Shown here piece by piece: positions 9,502 through 18,811 of a stretch of 32,000 bases of DNA (within the stretch, counting starts at the first letter, position 1; every line of letters starts with the position of its first letter). Position numbers and translations under genes: made by a program. The notes beneath the pieces were generated by a model. The model saw only the letters and a program-made list of their open reading frames with translations, ran no database searches and was not told where the DNA came from. The stretch is from Prochlorococcus marinus str. NATL2A. GTDB taxonomy: Bacteria; Cyanobacteriota; Cyanobacteriia; PCC-6307; Cyanobiaceae. Location: contig NC_007335.2 in NCBI RefSeq assembly GCF_000012465.1, forward strand, positions 570,001 through 602,000, in the 5' to 3' direction.

Positions 9502-10104
9502 TTGTATATAAACAAAAGACCAATTTTTCTTGTTCATGGTTTGTGGAACAATCCTAAATTATTTGAAAAATTAATTAAAAAAATAAACGAAGATGATTAT
9601 GAATTGTATAGACCACATTTGCCACACAAATATGGAAAGACCTCCCTTAAGCGTTTAGCTCTAGATCTTGATTCTAAGATTGAAGAACTGGTGGGTCCTG
9701 AAATCGAAATTGATATTGTTGGTTTTTCAATGGGTGGATTAATAAGCAGGTTTTGGTTACAAAATCATGATGGTTTTTTAAGAACTAAACGTTTTTTTAG
9801 TATTGGTACGCCTCATTTTGGTACTTACACAGCTCAAATGATCCCTTCATTTTTGATGCCAGGTATTGCTGAGATGAAAAGAGGAAGTCGTTTATTATCT
9901 CTATTAAATAATGACTTGACTTCCTTAGAAAAGGTCGAATGTACTAGCTTTTTTACAAAATGGGATTTGATGTCATTCCCAGGCTGGCAGGCAAAACTTT
10001 CTATTGGTGAGTCTTATCACTTACCTGTGTTGACACATAAAGAATTGATAACAAATTCTAGCTCTCTTGATATTTTGGTCAAAAAGATTTTTAAAAATAG
10101 CTAA
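9502..10104 (+). CDS. Small alpha/beta-hydrolase, lipase/esterase-like (COG1075-type)
   Basis: 200-aa ORF with a TTG start immediately after the folB TAA. It has the oxyanion-region motif IFLVHGLWNN and the nucleophile elbow GFSMGG. Later Asp and His candidates are WDLMSFP and LTHKEL. Confidence 0.75.
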   Translation: MYINKRPIFLVHGLWNNPKLFEKLIKKINEDDYELYRPHLPHKYGKTSLKRLALDLDSKIEELVGPEIEIDIVGFSMGGLISRFWLQNHDGFLRTKRFFSIGTPHFGTYTAQMIPSFLMPGIAEMKRGSRLLSLLNNDLTSLEKVECTSFFTKWDLMSFPGWQAKLSIGESYHLPVLTHKELITNSSSLDILVKKIFKNS

Positions 10105-12212
10105 TTAAGACCACTATGTCTTATTAGTGCTTCAGTAGAGGGAAGTCTTCCTCTAAATTGTTTGAAAACCTTATTGGGTGAACGACTACCACCAAGACTA
10201 AGAATTGAATCTCGATATTTTTTACCAATCTTTCTTACTTCATCCTGATTAGCAAGGCCTGCCTCTTCAAAAGCGGCAAAGGCGTCAGAACTGAGTACCT
10301 CAGCCCATTTGTAAGAGTAGTATCCAGCAGCATAGCCACCAGCAAAAATATGACTGAAGGCACAGAGAAATTGATCTTCTGGAATAGGCTCCATTACTGT
10401 TGTATTTTTTGCGATTTCTCGTCGAAACTCATCTGGGGAAATTTCTAAATCTTCATTCCATTGACTATGGAGTTTTAGATCAGTAAGAGCAAAATGTATT
10501 TGCCTTAAAGTCGCTAGCCCAGAATTAAATGTTCTGCTTTGCCTTAATTTATTGATTTCAGATTCTGGTAATGGTTCTTTCGTCTTCCAATGTATTGCTA
10601 TTTCAGAAATTGTTTGATCCTCCAAGCACCAATTTTCCATGAATTGGCTTGCTAATTCGACAGCATCCCATTCGACGTTATTAATACCGGCTGCTTGAGG
10701 GTAATTTATAGTTGTCAGCATATGTTGTAGTCCATGCCCAAATTCATGAAAGAGAGTTTCTACTTCTTCGAAACTCATAAGACTGGGTTTGTTAGCAATT
10801 GGAGGAGTTTGATTGCAGACTAAATAGGCTACTGGGAGAACAATATCATCTTTTGTTTTTTGATTTCGGCACAAACATTCATCCATCCAGGCCCCTCCTC
10901 TTTTTGTCGCAGGACGACTGAATGGATCTAGATAAAAAGATGCAATTTTTTGGCCATCTATATTTTTAACATTGAAGAAACGAACATCTTCATGCCATAA
11001 AGGAGCTGTATTAATTGCTTCTTCAATGTCAATTTCAAAAAGTCTTTTGCACAGATTGAATAGACCATCAAGAACTTGATCTAGAGGAAACCATGGCCTG
11101 AGTTTCTCTTGGTCAAGATCGTATTTCTCTTTGCGAAGAACTTCGGACCAAAAACTTATATCCCATGGAGATAGCTCAAAATCTTCGTTTTCTCCATTTC
11201 TTTTGGCACACTCACGAAGATGTATTACTTCTTTTTCGGCATGATGTATTGCTGCTATTCGTAATTCTTCTAGTAACATCTCAACAGCTTCTTCATTGTC
11301 CGCCATCTTTGTGGCTAAACTAATTTCACACCAATTTTTATATCCTAATAGTTTTGCCTGTTTGTTTCTGAGATCTAGAATTTCTTCGATTATTTTTTTA
11401 TTATTAATCTTTCCATCGCTAGCTCTACTTACAAAAGCTCTGTAGACTTTCTCTCTAATACGTCTATTTTTTGCATAGGTTTGAAAAGGAATGTACCTAG
11501 GCAAATCTAACCCAACTCTCCATGGTCCAATTGCTGATGACGGGTCATTACCTTCTTCATCTTTGTCACCAGCTTCCTTTGCCGCAAGAGCCAATGTTTC
11601 AAGTGCTCTTTCAGGAAGCCCCTCGACTTCTGATTTGTTTTTTAATAAAAGGCTCCAATTCTTAGTAGCATCTAATACGTTGTTACTAAATGTCGTTGAC
11701 AATTCGGCTAGTCGCTCACTACGAGAATTAAATAGTGTTTTTTCATCAGCTTCTAGACCGATCCCTTTGTTTTTCATGGTTATGAGTTCTGTCTCAAGTA
11801 TTCTTATTTGTGTTTCGTCCTTTATATTTCCATGCTCTTTTAAATTTAAGAGCGCCTTAAAAATGACCTCGTTTTGAGCGAGCTGATTGCTAAATCTAAC
11901 GATTGTAGGTTGCTGATTTGAATGAACTGCACGTAATTCAGTGGAATTGCATACTGCATTCAGATGACTTACAACCCCCCAACTCCACCTAAGCTTTTCA
12001 CCTATTTCATAAAGCTGAGGCATTACATCATCCCAACTAAGTGAGCTTTTAGTTTGTAATTGTTTTTCGAGTTGTACTTCTAGTTTATCTAATTTTTCAT
12101 TTAGTTCTTTTATAAGCTTGGGTATATTTTCAGTGATCTCGTTAGGGGTGATTTTATCGTAATCAGGAAGGCCTTCACCTTTTAATAGAGCTGTTGGCTT
12201 TATTGAAGTCAT
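10101..12212 (-). CDS. prlC: Oligopeptidase A (M3 family zinc metallopeptidase)
   Basis: 703-aa ORF with the zinc motif HEFGHGLQH and M3-family C-terminal signatures (FSHIFAGGYAAGYYSYKWAEVLSSDAF). Confidence 0.9.
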   Translation of the reverse strand: MTSIKPTALLKGEGLPDYDKITPNEITENIPKLIKELNEKLDKLEVQLEKQLQTKSSLSWDDVMPQLYEIGEKLRWSWGVVSHLNAVCNSTELRAVHSNQQPTIVRFSNQLAQNEVIFKALLNLKEHGNIKDETQIRILETELITMKNKGIGLEADEKTLFNSRSERLAELSTTFSNNVLDATKNWSLLLKNKSEVEGLPERALETLALAAKEAGDKDEEGNDPSSAIGPWRVGLDLPRYIPFQTYAKNRRIREKVYRAFVSRASDGKINNKKIIEEILDLRNKQAKLLGYKNWCEISLATKMADNEEAVEMLLEELRIAAIHHAEKEVIHLRECAKRNGENEDFELSPWDISFWSEVLRKEKYDLDQEKLRPWFPLDQVLDGLFNLCKRLFEIDIEEAINTAPLWHEDVRFFNVKNIDGQKIASFYLDPFSRPATKRGGAWMDECLCRNQKTKDDIVLPVAYLVCNQTPPIANKPSLMSFEEVETLFHEFGHGLQHMLTTINYPQAAGINNVEWDAVELASQFMENWCLEDQTISEIAIHWKTKEPLPESEINKLRQSRTFNSGLATLRQIHFALTDLKLHSQWNEDLEISPDEFRREIAKNTTVMEPIPEDQFLCAFSHIFAGGYAAGYYSYKWAEVLSSDAFAAFEEAGLANQDEVRKIGKKYRDSILSLGGSRSPNKVFKQFRGRLPSTEALIRHSGLN
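10136..10164 (+). terminator. Candidate intrinsic terminator for the proA-folB-lipase unit, embedded in the prlC 3' coding region
   Basis: An 8-bp stem pairs 10136-10143 (TAGAGGGA) with 10148-10155 (TTCCTCTA). It has 3 GC pairs, 4 AU pairs and 1 G-U pair, with tetraloop AGTC, followed by AATTGTTTG. The G-U pair becomes a C-A mismatch on the minus strand, so the fold favours the + transcript. It lies 32 nt after the lipase stop. Confidence 0.3.
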
Positions 12213-12228
12213 TTTTAAGATTCAAAAA

Positions 12229-13803
12229 CTAACTGATTGGTACAAGGTTATTGGTAATTAATGATTGTGCGAGAGCATTTGTTGATACCTCATATAAATC
12301 AATAGCTATTCTTGGCCAAAAACCTATTACTAATGTAGGAACTAAGAGGCTTAAACCTATTGAAAGCTCTCTAGCATCCATTTCTTTCACTATGGATAAT
12401 GCAGGGATCCTAGGGCCAAAAAATACTCTTCTACACATTGAAAGAAGGTAGATAGGAGTTAAAACCAGTCCGATAGCTGCTAAAAGAATTGTTATTGCTC
12501 TAAATAAAGAAGTGAATCCTTCTTGACTAGTGATGCCTAGAAAAACTGTGATTTCACTTATAAATCCACTCATCCCTGGTAAGGCAAGTGACGCTAAAGA
12601 ACTGGCCAAGAAGAATGCGAAAGTAATTGGTAAAGCCTTTGCTAAACCGCCCATGTTAGGGATTGAAAGAGTATTGGTTCTTTCATAAAAACTTCCAGTA
12701 ACAAAAAACATTGCGGCAGCAATCAGTCCATGGCTAATCATTTGGAGCATCGCTCCACTGATTCCAAGTGCATTAATTGCGCCAATTCCAACAAGAACAA
12801 AACCCATGTGACTTACAGAACTGCAAGCGATGCGCCTTTTTACATTGTCTTGTGCAAAAGCATTTAGAGCTCCATAAATAATATTTACTATCCCAATGAT
12901 GATTAGAGCTGGAGCAAGTATTAAATGAGTATCAGGTAAAATTTGGACATTAAATCTTATAAGAGCGTAACCTCCCATTTTTAATAAAACACCAGCTAAT
13001 AACATAGAAACCGGTGCATTTGCTTCCCCATGAGCATCGGGAAGCCAGGTATGAAGTGGAAAGATAGGAAGCTTTACTCCAAAACCAATTAAAAAACCTA
13101 AATAACAAAATATCCCAAAATTCCCGGTAAAAGATTTGGCTGCAATTTCACTTAAATTGAAGGTGAATTGATCTCCAGAAAGAGCTAAAGCAAGCCCACT
13201 AATTAATATTAAAAGGGAAGCCAGTGCGGTGTAAAGAATGAATTTTGTTGCTGCATAAAGTTTCCTTTTGCCTCCCCAAATAGCAATCAAAAGATAGACT
13301 GGAACTAGCTCAAGCTCCCAAGCTAAAAAGAATAGTAAGAAATCTTGCGATAGGAAAACTAAAGCTTGGGCTGAAGCTTGTATAAGTAATAGCGCAAAGT
13401 AAAGCCTTGTTTTTTGTTTTACTTTCCAACTTGCAGCTGCGGACAAAAAAGTGATTAGACCGCTTAGGACTACCAGCGGAGCGGATATTCCATCTACTCC
13501 CAATGACCATTCAAGTCCTATAGACGGAAGCCACTGAAGTCTTTCTACCAACTGCAAGCTTTCGCTATTTGGATCAAATAAATTGGCTAAAGCCAATACA
13601 ACTATTAGAAAATCGGCTAATAAAATTACTAGGGCTATATTTCTCGGAAGATTAGAATTTTTACTTTCTTGCGTTGGGAGGAAAGGCATTATCAATGCTC
13701 CAACTATGGGAAGGAGCACAATGAGTGAGAGCCATGGAAATACCGTCTGAGAATCAATACTCATAGGCAGATTGGCATCCATAATTTGGGGCAAGTCAGC
13801 CAT
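12229..13803 (-). CDS. ndhD: NAD(P)H-quinone oxidoreductase (NDH-1) subunit 4
   Basis: 524-aa polytopic membrane ORF with NuoM/NdhD signatures: [55 protein letters not shown]. The start may be one of the downstream in-frame Met codons ([10 protein letters not shown]...). Confidence 0.9.
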   Translation of the reverse strand: MADLPQIMDANLPMSIDSQTVFPWLSLIVLLPIVGALIMPFLPTQESKNSNLPRNIALVILLADFLIVVLALANLFDPNSESLQLVERLQWLPSIGLEWSLGVDGISAPLVVLSGLITFLSAAASWKVKQKTRLYFALLLIQASAQALVFLSQDFLLFFLAWELELVPVYLLIAIWGGKRKLYAATKFILYTALASLLILISGLALALSGDQFTFNLSEIAAKSFTGNFGIFCYLGFLIGFGVKLPIFPLHTWLPDAHGEANAPVSMLLAGVLLKMGGYALIRFNVQILPDTHLILAPALIIIGIVNIIYGALNAFAQDNVKRRIACSSVSHMGFVLVGIGAINALGISGAMLQMISHGLIAAAMFFVTGSFYERTNTLSIPNMGGLAKALPITFAFFLASSLASLALPGMSGFISEITVFLGITSQEGFTSLFRAITILLAAIGLVLTPIYLLSMCRRVFFGPRIPALSIVKEMDARELSIGLSLLVPTLVIGFWPRIAIDLYEVSTNALAQSLITNNLVPIS

Positions 13804-13839
13804 AAAGCTATCAGTTTTTTTTCGTTTTCATGAGTAGAA

Positions 13840-14787
13840 CTACCCAAAGGTGTTTGAAATGCATTCGCTTCCTGTGAGCTGGAGGCTCATTAAAGGAGCA
13901 CGACTTGCTACACCAGCAGCTTCCCAAGCTTTGACCATCGCGACACTGACTTCTCGGCCTTTAGTCGCTTTGCACAAGGCAAGAATGCTTGGTCCTGCTC
14001 CACTAATTGCACATCCTAAAGCTCCGGCAGCCTTTGCTGCTTCTCTTACCTCTAACCCACCTTTAATCAAACCCCATCTGTAGGGTTCATGAAGCTTGTC
14101 ATGCATACCATCTGTAATTAAATCCTCATTTCCAGTCCTTAGTCCTTGAAGCAGAAGAGTAAGTGCACCTAAATTGATTACTGCATCATTGACTGGAATA
14201 TTCTCCGGCATTACACGTCTCGCTTCGCTTGTGCTAAGGCGAATAGATGGAATTGCAACTACTGCTTTTATTGATTTATCCCAATCACAGCGGACCACTC
14301 GCCATCTGTCGGATGCAGTTTTAGCGGTTACGCAAAGACCTCCTATTAATGATGGAACAACATTGTCTGGATGACCCTCTATATCTATTGCCAGCTCCAA
14401 TAATTTTTCCTTAGGCAAAGGATATCCAGCAAGTGCATTTGCTCCAACTAGCCCTGCCACGATGGCTGTAGCACTGCTTCCAAGTCCTCTTGCGGGAGGT
14501 ACTGCCAATTTTACTCTTGCTTCAAGAGCTACAGGCTCTATACCTGCAGTTCTCCAAACTCTTTGCGCGGCTCGATAAAAAAGGTTTTCAGGGCCGCCTC
14601 TTAAATGATTGCCTTCAGTACTTTCCATTATTAATTCAAATCTTTCAGCATTACCTTCAATTCTTTTAATAGTGAACTGATTGGAAAGGTCTAATGCTGC
14701 TCCAAGGCAATCAAACCCTGGACCAATATTGGCTGTAGTAGAAGGGACTTCTACTACGACAGTTTGTCCTATTTTTGGCGGCCCCAT
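13840..14787 (-). CDS. thrB: Homoserine kinase
   Basis: 315-aa ORF with GHMP-kinase motifs: PSTTANIGPGFDCLG and PPARGLGSSATAIVAGL. Confidence 0.93.
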   Translation of the reverse strand: MGPPKIGQTVVVEVPSTTANIGPGFDCLGAALDLSNQFTIKRIEGNAERFELIMESTEGNHLRGGPENLFYRAAQRVWRTAGIEPVALEARVKLAVPPARGLGSSATAIVAGLVGANALAGYPLPKEKLLELAIDIEGHPDNVVPSLIGGLCVTAKTASDRWRVVRCDWDKSIKAVVAIPSIRLSTSEARRVMPENIPVNDAVINLGALTLLLQGLRTGNEDLITDGMHDKLHEPYRWGLIKGGLEVREAAKAAGALGCAISGAGPSILALCKATKGREVSVAMVKAWEAAGVASRAPLMSLQLTGSECISNTFG

Positions 14788-14816
14788 GTTTTTATCCTTT
14801 AGCTAAGTCTCCCATT

Positions 14817-15842
14817 TTATTCGGCAATTAAGCGTGCTCTGCAAGCTGAGCTGAATAATGTCGCTTCTTTATCTTTAAGAACAACCAATGGAATTTCCTT
14901 TAAATAAGATTGAAAGCGACCCTTATTACTAAATGCACTAAGGAAGTTAGAAGAGTTTATTCCATCGAGGTTTTTTGCTGCTGTTCCACCTGCTATCCAT
15001 AAGCCTGAAGAGCAAAGTTCTTGTAAAGCAAGGTCTCCAGCTGCAGACCCATAAGCATTTAGCCATAGTTGCAAGGCTTCAGTCATTAATTTGTCTCCGT
15101 TTTTTGCTTTTTCCCAAACAAGTGCGGGTAAATCTGTGGAATCTGATTTGTCACTATCCATATTTTTTAAAATTACCTGAAGTGGATGGCTTTCATTTAT
15201 TGGATCATCCAATTTCCATCTGGCAATCATGCCAAGGCCAGTACCACTAACAATTCTTTCAATGGATATTCTTTGAATATTTAACTTCTTTTTTAGCCAT
15301 TTGACTAATGCCCATTCGTTTTCTGTTCTTGGGGAAAATTCTCGATGCCCTCCTTCACTTGGAAATATAGAGATGCTTTTAGGGGTTATCAAGCCTCTGG
15401 ACATTCCTAAGCCAGTACCAGCTCCGATAATTGCAATTAATTTTTGATTGTTTTTGTAATCAGAATTTAATGTCCCTTGTATTACTTCATATTGGTTTCT
15501 ATTGAAAAATGGTATTCCATAGATTAAAACTGAAAAATCATTTATTAATTCAATATTATTTATTTTTGAAAGTAGAGATAACTTTTTTGATTCGATATCC
15601 CAGCCAAGATTTGTAATCTTAACCTCCTGATTTTGTATTGGCCCGGCTACACCAATAGAACCATTTTGAGGCAGTGATATATGATCTGGTAAATGTTTAA
15701 TAAAATCTTCAAATAATGAGTAAAAAGATTTCCATTCTGATGAAATATAGTACTTCTCAAATAATTTTTTTGGATATTTCTCGTTTGAATAAATAGCTAA
15801 TATTGTTTTAGTTCCCCCAAGGTCTCCAGCAAGTAAATTCAT
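14817..15842 (-). CDS. glk: Glucokinase
   Basis: 341-aa ORF. The N-terminal ATP-binding motif is LAGDLGGTKT. Other matches are GAGTGLG and the C-terminal GLWIAGGTAAK typical of bacterial Glk. Confidence 0.9.
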   Translation of the reverse strand: MNLLAGDLGGTKTILAIYSNEKYPKKLFEKYYISSEWKSFYSLFEDFIKHLPDHISLPQNGSIGVAGPIQNQEVKITNLGWDIESKKLSLLSKINNIELINDFSVLIYGIPFFNRNQYEVIQGTLNSDYKNNQKLIAIIGAGTGLGMSRGLITPKSISIFPSEGGHREFSPRTENEWALVKWLKKKLNIQRISIERIVSGTGLGMIARWKLDDPINESHPLQVILKNMDSDKSDSTDLPALVWEKAKNGDKLMTEALQLWLNAYGSAAGDLALQELCSSGLWIAGGTAAKNLDGINSSNFLSAFSNKGRFQSYLKEIPLVVLKDKEATLFSSACRARLIAE

Positions 15843-15865
15843 TAGTTATTAAAGTCGTTTTTGAT

Positions 15866-17791
15866 TTAAGATTGATTACCTTGTATACCTTTTTTGCTAA
15901 TTGATTCGTCAATTATTAATTTAAACTTGTCTATACTCATATTTCCAAGATCTTTACCTTCTCTTGTCCTTACTGAGATTTCACTATTCTCTTCTTCCTT
16001 ATCTCCAATAATTATCAAGAATGGTATTCTTTGCATAGTATGTTCTCGTATTTTAAAACCGACTTTTTCATTTCTGATATCAATTTCAGCTCTGAAACCA
16101 AAGTCAACTAATTTATCTTTAGCAGTAAAACATGCTTCATTATTTCTATCAGTTATGCCCATAATCATTATTTGAATAGGTGATAACCATGTAGGAAAAT
16201 TCCCTGAATAATTCTCAATTAAAATCCCAATAAATCTTTCAAAAGAACCTAAAATAGCTCTGTGAAGCATTACAGGTGTTTGTTTTCTTCCTGTAATATC
16301 TATATAACTTGCATTGAGCCTTTGAGGCATGGAGAAATCCACTTGAATTGTTCCGCATTGCCATACTCTGTTGAGACAATCTTTTAAGGAAAATTCTATT
16401 TTTGGACCATAGAAGGCACCCTCTCCAGGGAGGAGCGACCAATCTAATCCTTTTGAATCAAGTGCCTCAGATAAGGCTTTTTCTGATTTGTCCCAGATAT
16501 CATCACTTCCAACCCTTTTCACTGGTCTTGTTGAGAGCTTAATAAGAATTGAATCAAAGCCAAAGGTTTTATAAACCTCAAATACCAAATCAATAAAATT
16601 TTGGACTTCTTCTTGGATTTGTTCATCGGTACAAAATATGTGTGCATCATCTTGAACAAAATTTCTTACTCTCATTAAGCCATGCAGTGCACCAGAAGGC
16701 TCATTGCGATGACAAGAACCAAATTCAGAAAGTCTAATAGGAAGATCTCGATAGCTTTTTAAACCTTGATTGAATATTTGTATGTGGCATGGACAATTCA
16801 TAGGTTTTATTGCATATTCCCTGTTCTCTGAAGTTGTAGTAAACATATCTTCTTTAAATTTATCCCAATGGCCTGATTTCTCCCAAAGACTCCTATCAAC
16901 TACTTGCGGAGATTTAACTTCTTGATAATCATATTTTGTAATGGTTTCCCGAATAAAATCTTCTAAAATTCTATAAATAGTCCACCCTTTAGGGTGCCAA
17001 AAAACCATACCGGGTGCTTCTTCTTGTGAGTGAAAAAGTGAATATTTTTTCCCTAACTTTCTATGATCTCTTTTCTCAGCTTCTTCAATTCTAGAGAGAT
17101 ATTCTTTTAACTCTTTTGAGCTTTTCCAAGCTGTTCCATATATTCTTTGTAGCATTTCATTATTAGAGTCTCCGCGCCAATAAGCTCCTGATACTTTCAT
17201 TAGCTTAAATGCTCTTAGATGCCTTGTATTTGGCACATGAGGACCTCTGCACATATCAATATATTCTTGATGTTTGTATAACTTTATGATTTCATTTTTA
17301 GGGATATTTTTAACTATGTCTAGCTTGAAAATTTCACCTCTATCAGTAAAAACCTCCTTGGCTTTTTCTGGACTAACTATTTCAACACCTACACTATAAT
17401 CTCTATTAACTAACTCTTTCATTCTCTTCTCAATTTTGAGAAGATCATCAGGAGTGAATGTATCTTTATAAGAAATATCATAATAAAAACCATCTTCAAT
17501 TACTGGCCCTATTGCCATTTTTGCTTCGGGGTATAATTGCTTTACAGCATGTCCAAGAAGATGAGCGAATGAATGTCTAATAATTTCTAGACCTTCATCA
17601 TCTTTAGATGTAATAATCTGTATATGAGAATTTTGAGTTATAGGAATACAAGTATCTATTAATTCCCCATTCACTCTCCCCGCTAACGCTGCTTTTGCTA
17701 AACCAGGCCCAATTTCTGAAGCTATTTGATCAATTGTTACAGCGGAATCATATTTTTTTTCAGTTCCATCAGGTAATGTAATTATTGGCAT
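15866..17791 (-). CDS. thrS: Threonyl-tRNA synthetase
   Basis: 641-aa ORF with an N-terminal TGS domain ([14 protein letters not shown]). It has the editing-domain motif [10 protein letters not shown] and class II motifs ([40 protein letters not shown]). Confidence 0.97.
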   Translation of the reverse strand: MPIITLPDGTEKKYDSAVTIDQIASEIGPGLAKAALAGRVNGELIDTCIPITQNSHIQIITSKDDEGLEIIRHSFAHLLGHAVKQLYPEAKMAIGPVIEDGFYYDISYKDTFTPDDLLKIEKRMKELVNRDYSVGVEIVSPEKAKEVFTDRGEIFKLDIVKNIPKNEIIKLYKHQEYIDMCRGPHVPNTRHLRAFKLMKVSGAYWRGDSNNEMLQRIYGTAWKSSKELKEYLSRIEEAEKRDHRKLGKKYSLFHSQEEAPGMVFWHPKGWTIYRILEDFIRETITKYDYQEVKSPQVVDRSLWEKSGHWDKFKEDMFTTTSENREYAIKPMNCPCHIQIFNQGLKSYRDLPIRLSEFGSCHRNEPSGALHGLMRVRNFVQDDAHIFCTDEQIQEEVQNFIDLVFEVYKTFGFDSILIKLSTRPVKRVGSDDIWDKSEKALSEALDSKGLDWSLLPGEGAFYGPKIEFSLKDCLNRVWQCGTIQVDFSMPQRLNASYIDITGRKQTPVMLHRAILGSFERFIGILIENYSGNFPTWLSPIQIMIMGITDRNNEACFTAKDKLVDFGFRAEIDIRNEKVGFKIREHTMQRIPFLIIIGDKEEENSEISVRTREGKDLGNMSIDKFKLIIDESISKKGIQGNQS

Positions 17792-17797
17792 AATTTT

Positions 17798-18811
17798 CTA
17801 CAAATTCGAATAAAATCCTAGAGCTTCTTTAACTCTATTTAATGTTAACTTAGAAACCTCCTCGGCAGTCAGTTTGCCTTTATTTAGTATTCTTTTTAAC
17901 TCTTCTGGATCATTCATTAGTTCTTTATATTTTTCTTGAATAGGTTTAAGAACGTTAATCATTGCCTCTGTAAATTCTGGTTTGAATTTACCCCAGCCCA
18001 TTTCTGCGCAATACTCAGCGGCTTTTTCTCTACCTAAGCCAGAAATTATTGAATAAATTGTTAAAAGATTATCAGCTTCGGGTCTTAAAGGATTACCGAA
18101 TTCTAATCCTAATTCTGAGTCGGTTTTTGAACGTTTTATTTTTTTAGTAATTATATCTGGACTGTCTAATAAAGTAATCCTACTATTTTCATTTGGGTCG
18201 CTTTTACTCATTTTCTTTGTTCCGTCTGTCAGGCTCATGACTTTGGAACACTCTTTCAAAATTAAGGGATTTGGAACTTTAAGTATTGGATTCTCTTTCG
18301 TTCCGAATTTTGAATTAACTCGTTGAGAAGCAATATCTCTCGCAAGCTCTAGATGTTGCTTTTGATCTTCTCCAACAGGAACTAAATCAGCGTCATAGAG
18401 AAGAATATCCGCTGCCATAAGGACTGGATAATCTAATAATCCAATAGATACATTGTCGCCTTGTTTAATGGACTTTTCCTTGAACTGAATCATTCTTTCC
18501 ATCCAGTTTAAAGGAGTTAAGCAATTTAATATCCAGCAAAGCTCGCTATGGGCGCTTATCTGACTTTGTATGAATATTGAGCATTTATCAGGATTCATCC
18601 CACAAGCGATATACAAAGCCGCTGTAGATAAAGAATTTTGATAAAGAGATTTTGGGTCATGCGGAGTCGTTATCGCATGAAGATCAACAACGCAGACAAA
18701 TGTTTCATAATTTTCTTGTAATTCAACCCAATTTCTTATTGCTCCAAGCCAATTACCAATATGAACATCTCCTGTGGGTTGAACACCAGATAAGACTCGC
18801 TTCTGATTCAC
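17798..18811 (-). CDS. trpS: Tryptophanyl-tRNA synthetase
   Basis: 337-aa ORF with a GTG start (complement of 18809-18811). Class I motifs are present: GVQPTGDVHIGNWLG (HIGH-type) and KMSKS. Confidence 0.95.
   Translation of the reverse strand: MNQKRVLSGVQPTGDVHIGNWLGAIRNWVELQENYETFVCVVDLHAITTPHDPKSLYQNSLSTAALYIACGMNPDKCSIFIQSQISAHSELCWILNCLTPLNWMERMIQFKEKSIKQGDNVSIGLLDYPVLMAADILLYDADLVPVGEDQKQHLELARDIASQRVNSKFGTKENPILKVPNPLILKECSKVMSLTDGTKKMSKSDPNENSRITLLDSPDIITKKIKRSKTDSELGLEFGNPLRPEADNLLTIYSIISGLGREKAAEYCAEMGWGKFKPEFTEAMINVLKPIQEKYKELMNDPEELKRILNKGKLTAEEVSKLTLNRVKEALGFYSNL

Noticed and set aside
11491-11877. Several 60-128 aa ORFs in the track lie antisense to, or out of frame within, long genes. 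They are 1225-1428, 1678-1962, 3858-4118, 6963-7160, 8142-8333, 11491-11877, 12251-12451, 13310-13510, 13850-14083, 14174-14374, 14975-15250, 15894-16175, 16239-16442, 18652-18945, 19047-19313, 20525-20725, 25131-25322, 25344-25529, 25876-26220, 26818-27126, 28610-28801, 29074-29334, 30214-30417 and 30435-30707.
   Set aside because: All lie entirely or almost entirely within well-supported conserved genes. Their translations are low-complexity or Ser/Leu-rich with no recognisable motifs, as expected for shadow ORFs. Nothing in the sequence supports them as overlapping genes.
13840-14787. thrB stands out as a GC-rich island. In 60-nt lines I hand-counted it is roughly 40-55% G+C, against about 23% in a sampled line of the neighbouring glk. 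This suggested horizontal acquisition or recombination from a higher-GC relative.
   Set aside because: I hand-counted third codon positions over the first 60 codons and only about a quarter are G/C, which is the same A/T-ending usage as the neighbours. The excess GC sits in codon positions 1 and 2 and reflects an Ala/Gly/Pro/Arg-rich, strongly constrained protein. It is not a foreign codon signature. A full GC3 and codon-adaptation calculation plus a thrB phylogeny would settle it.
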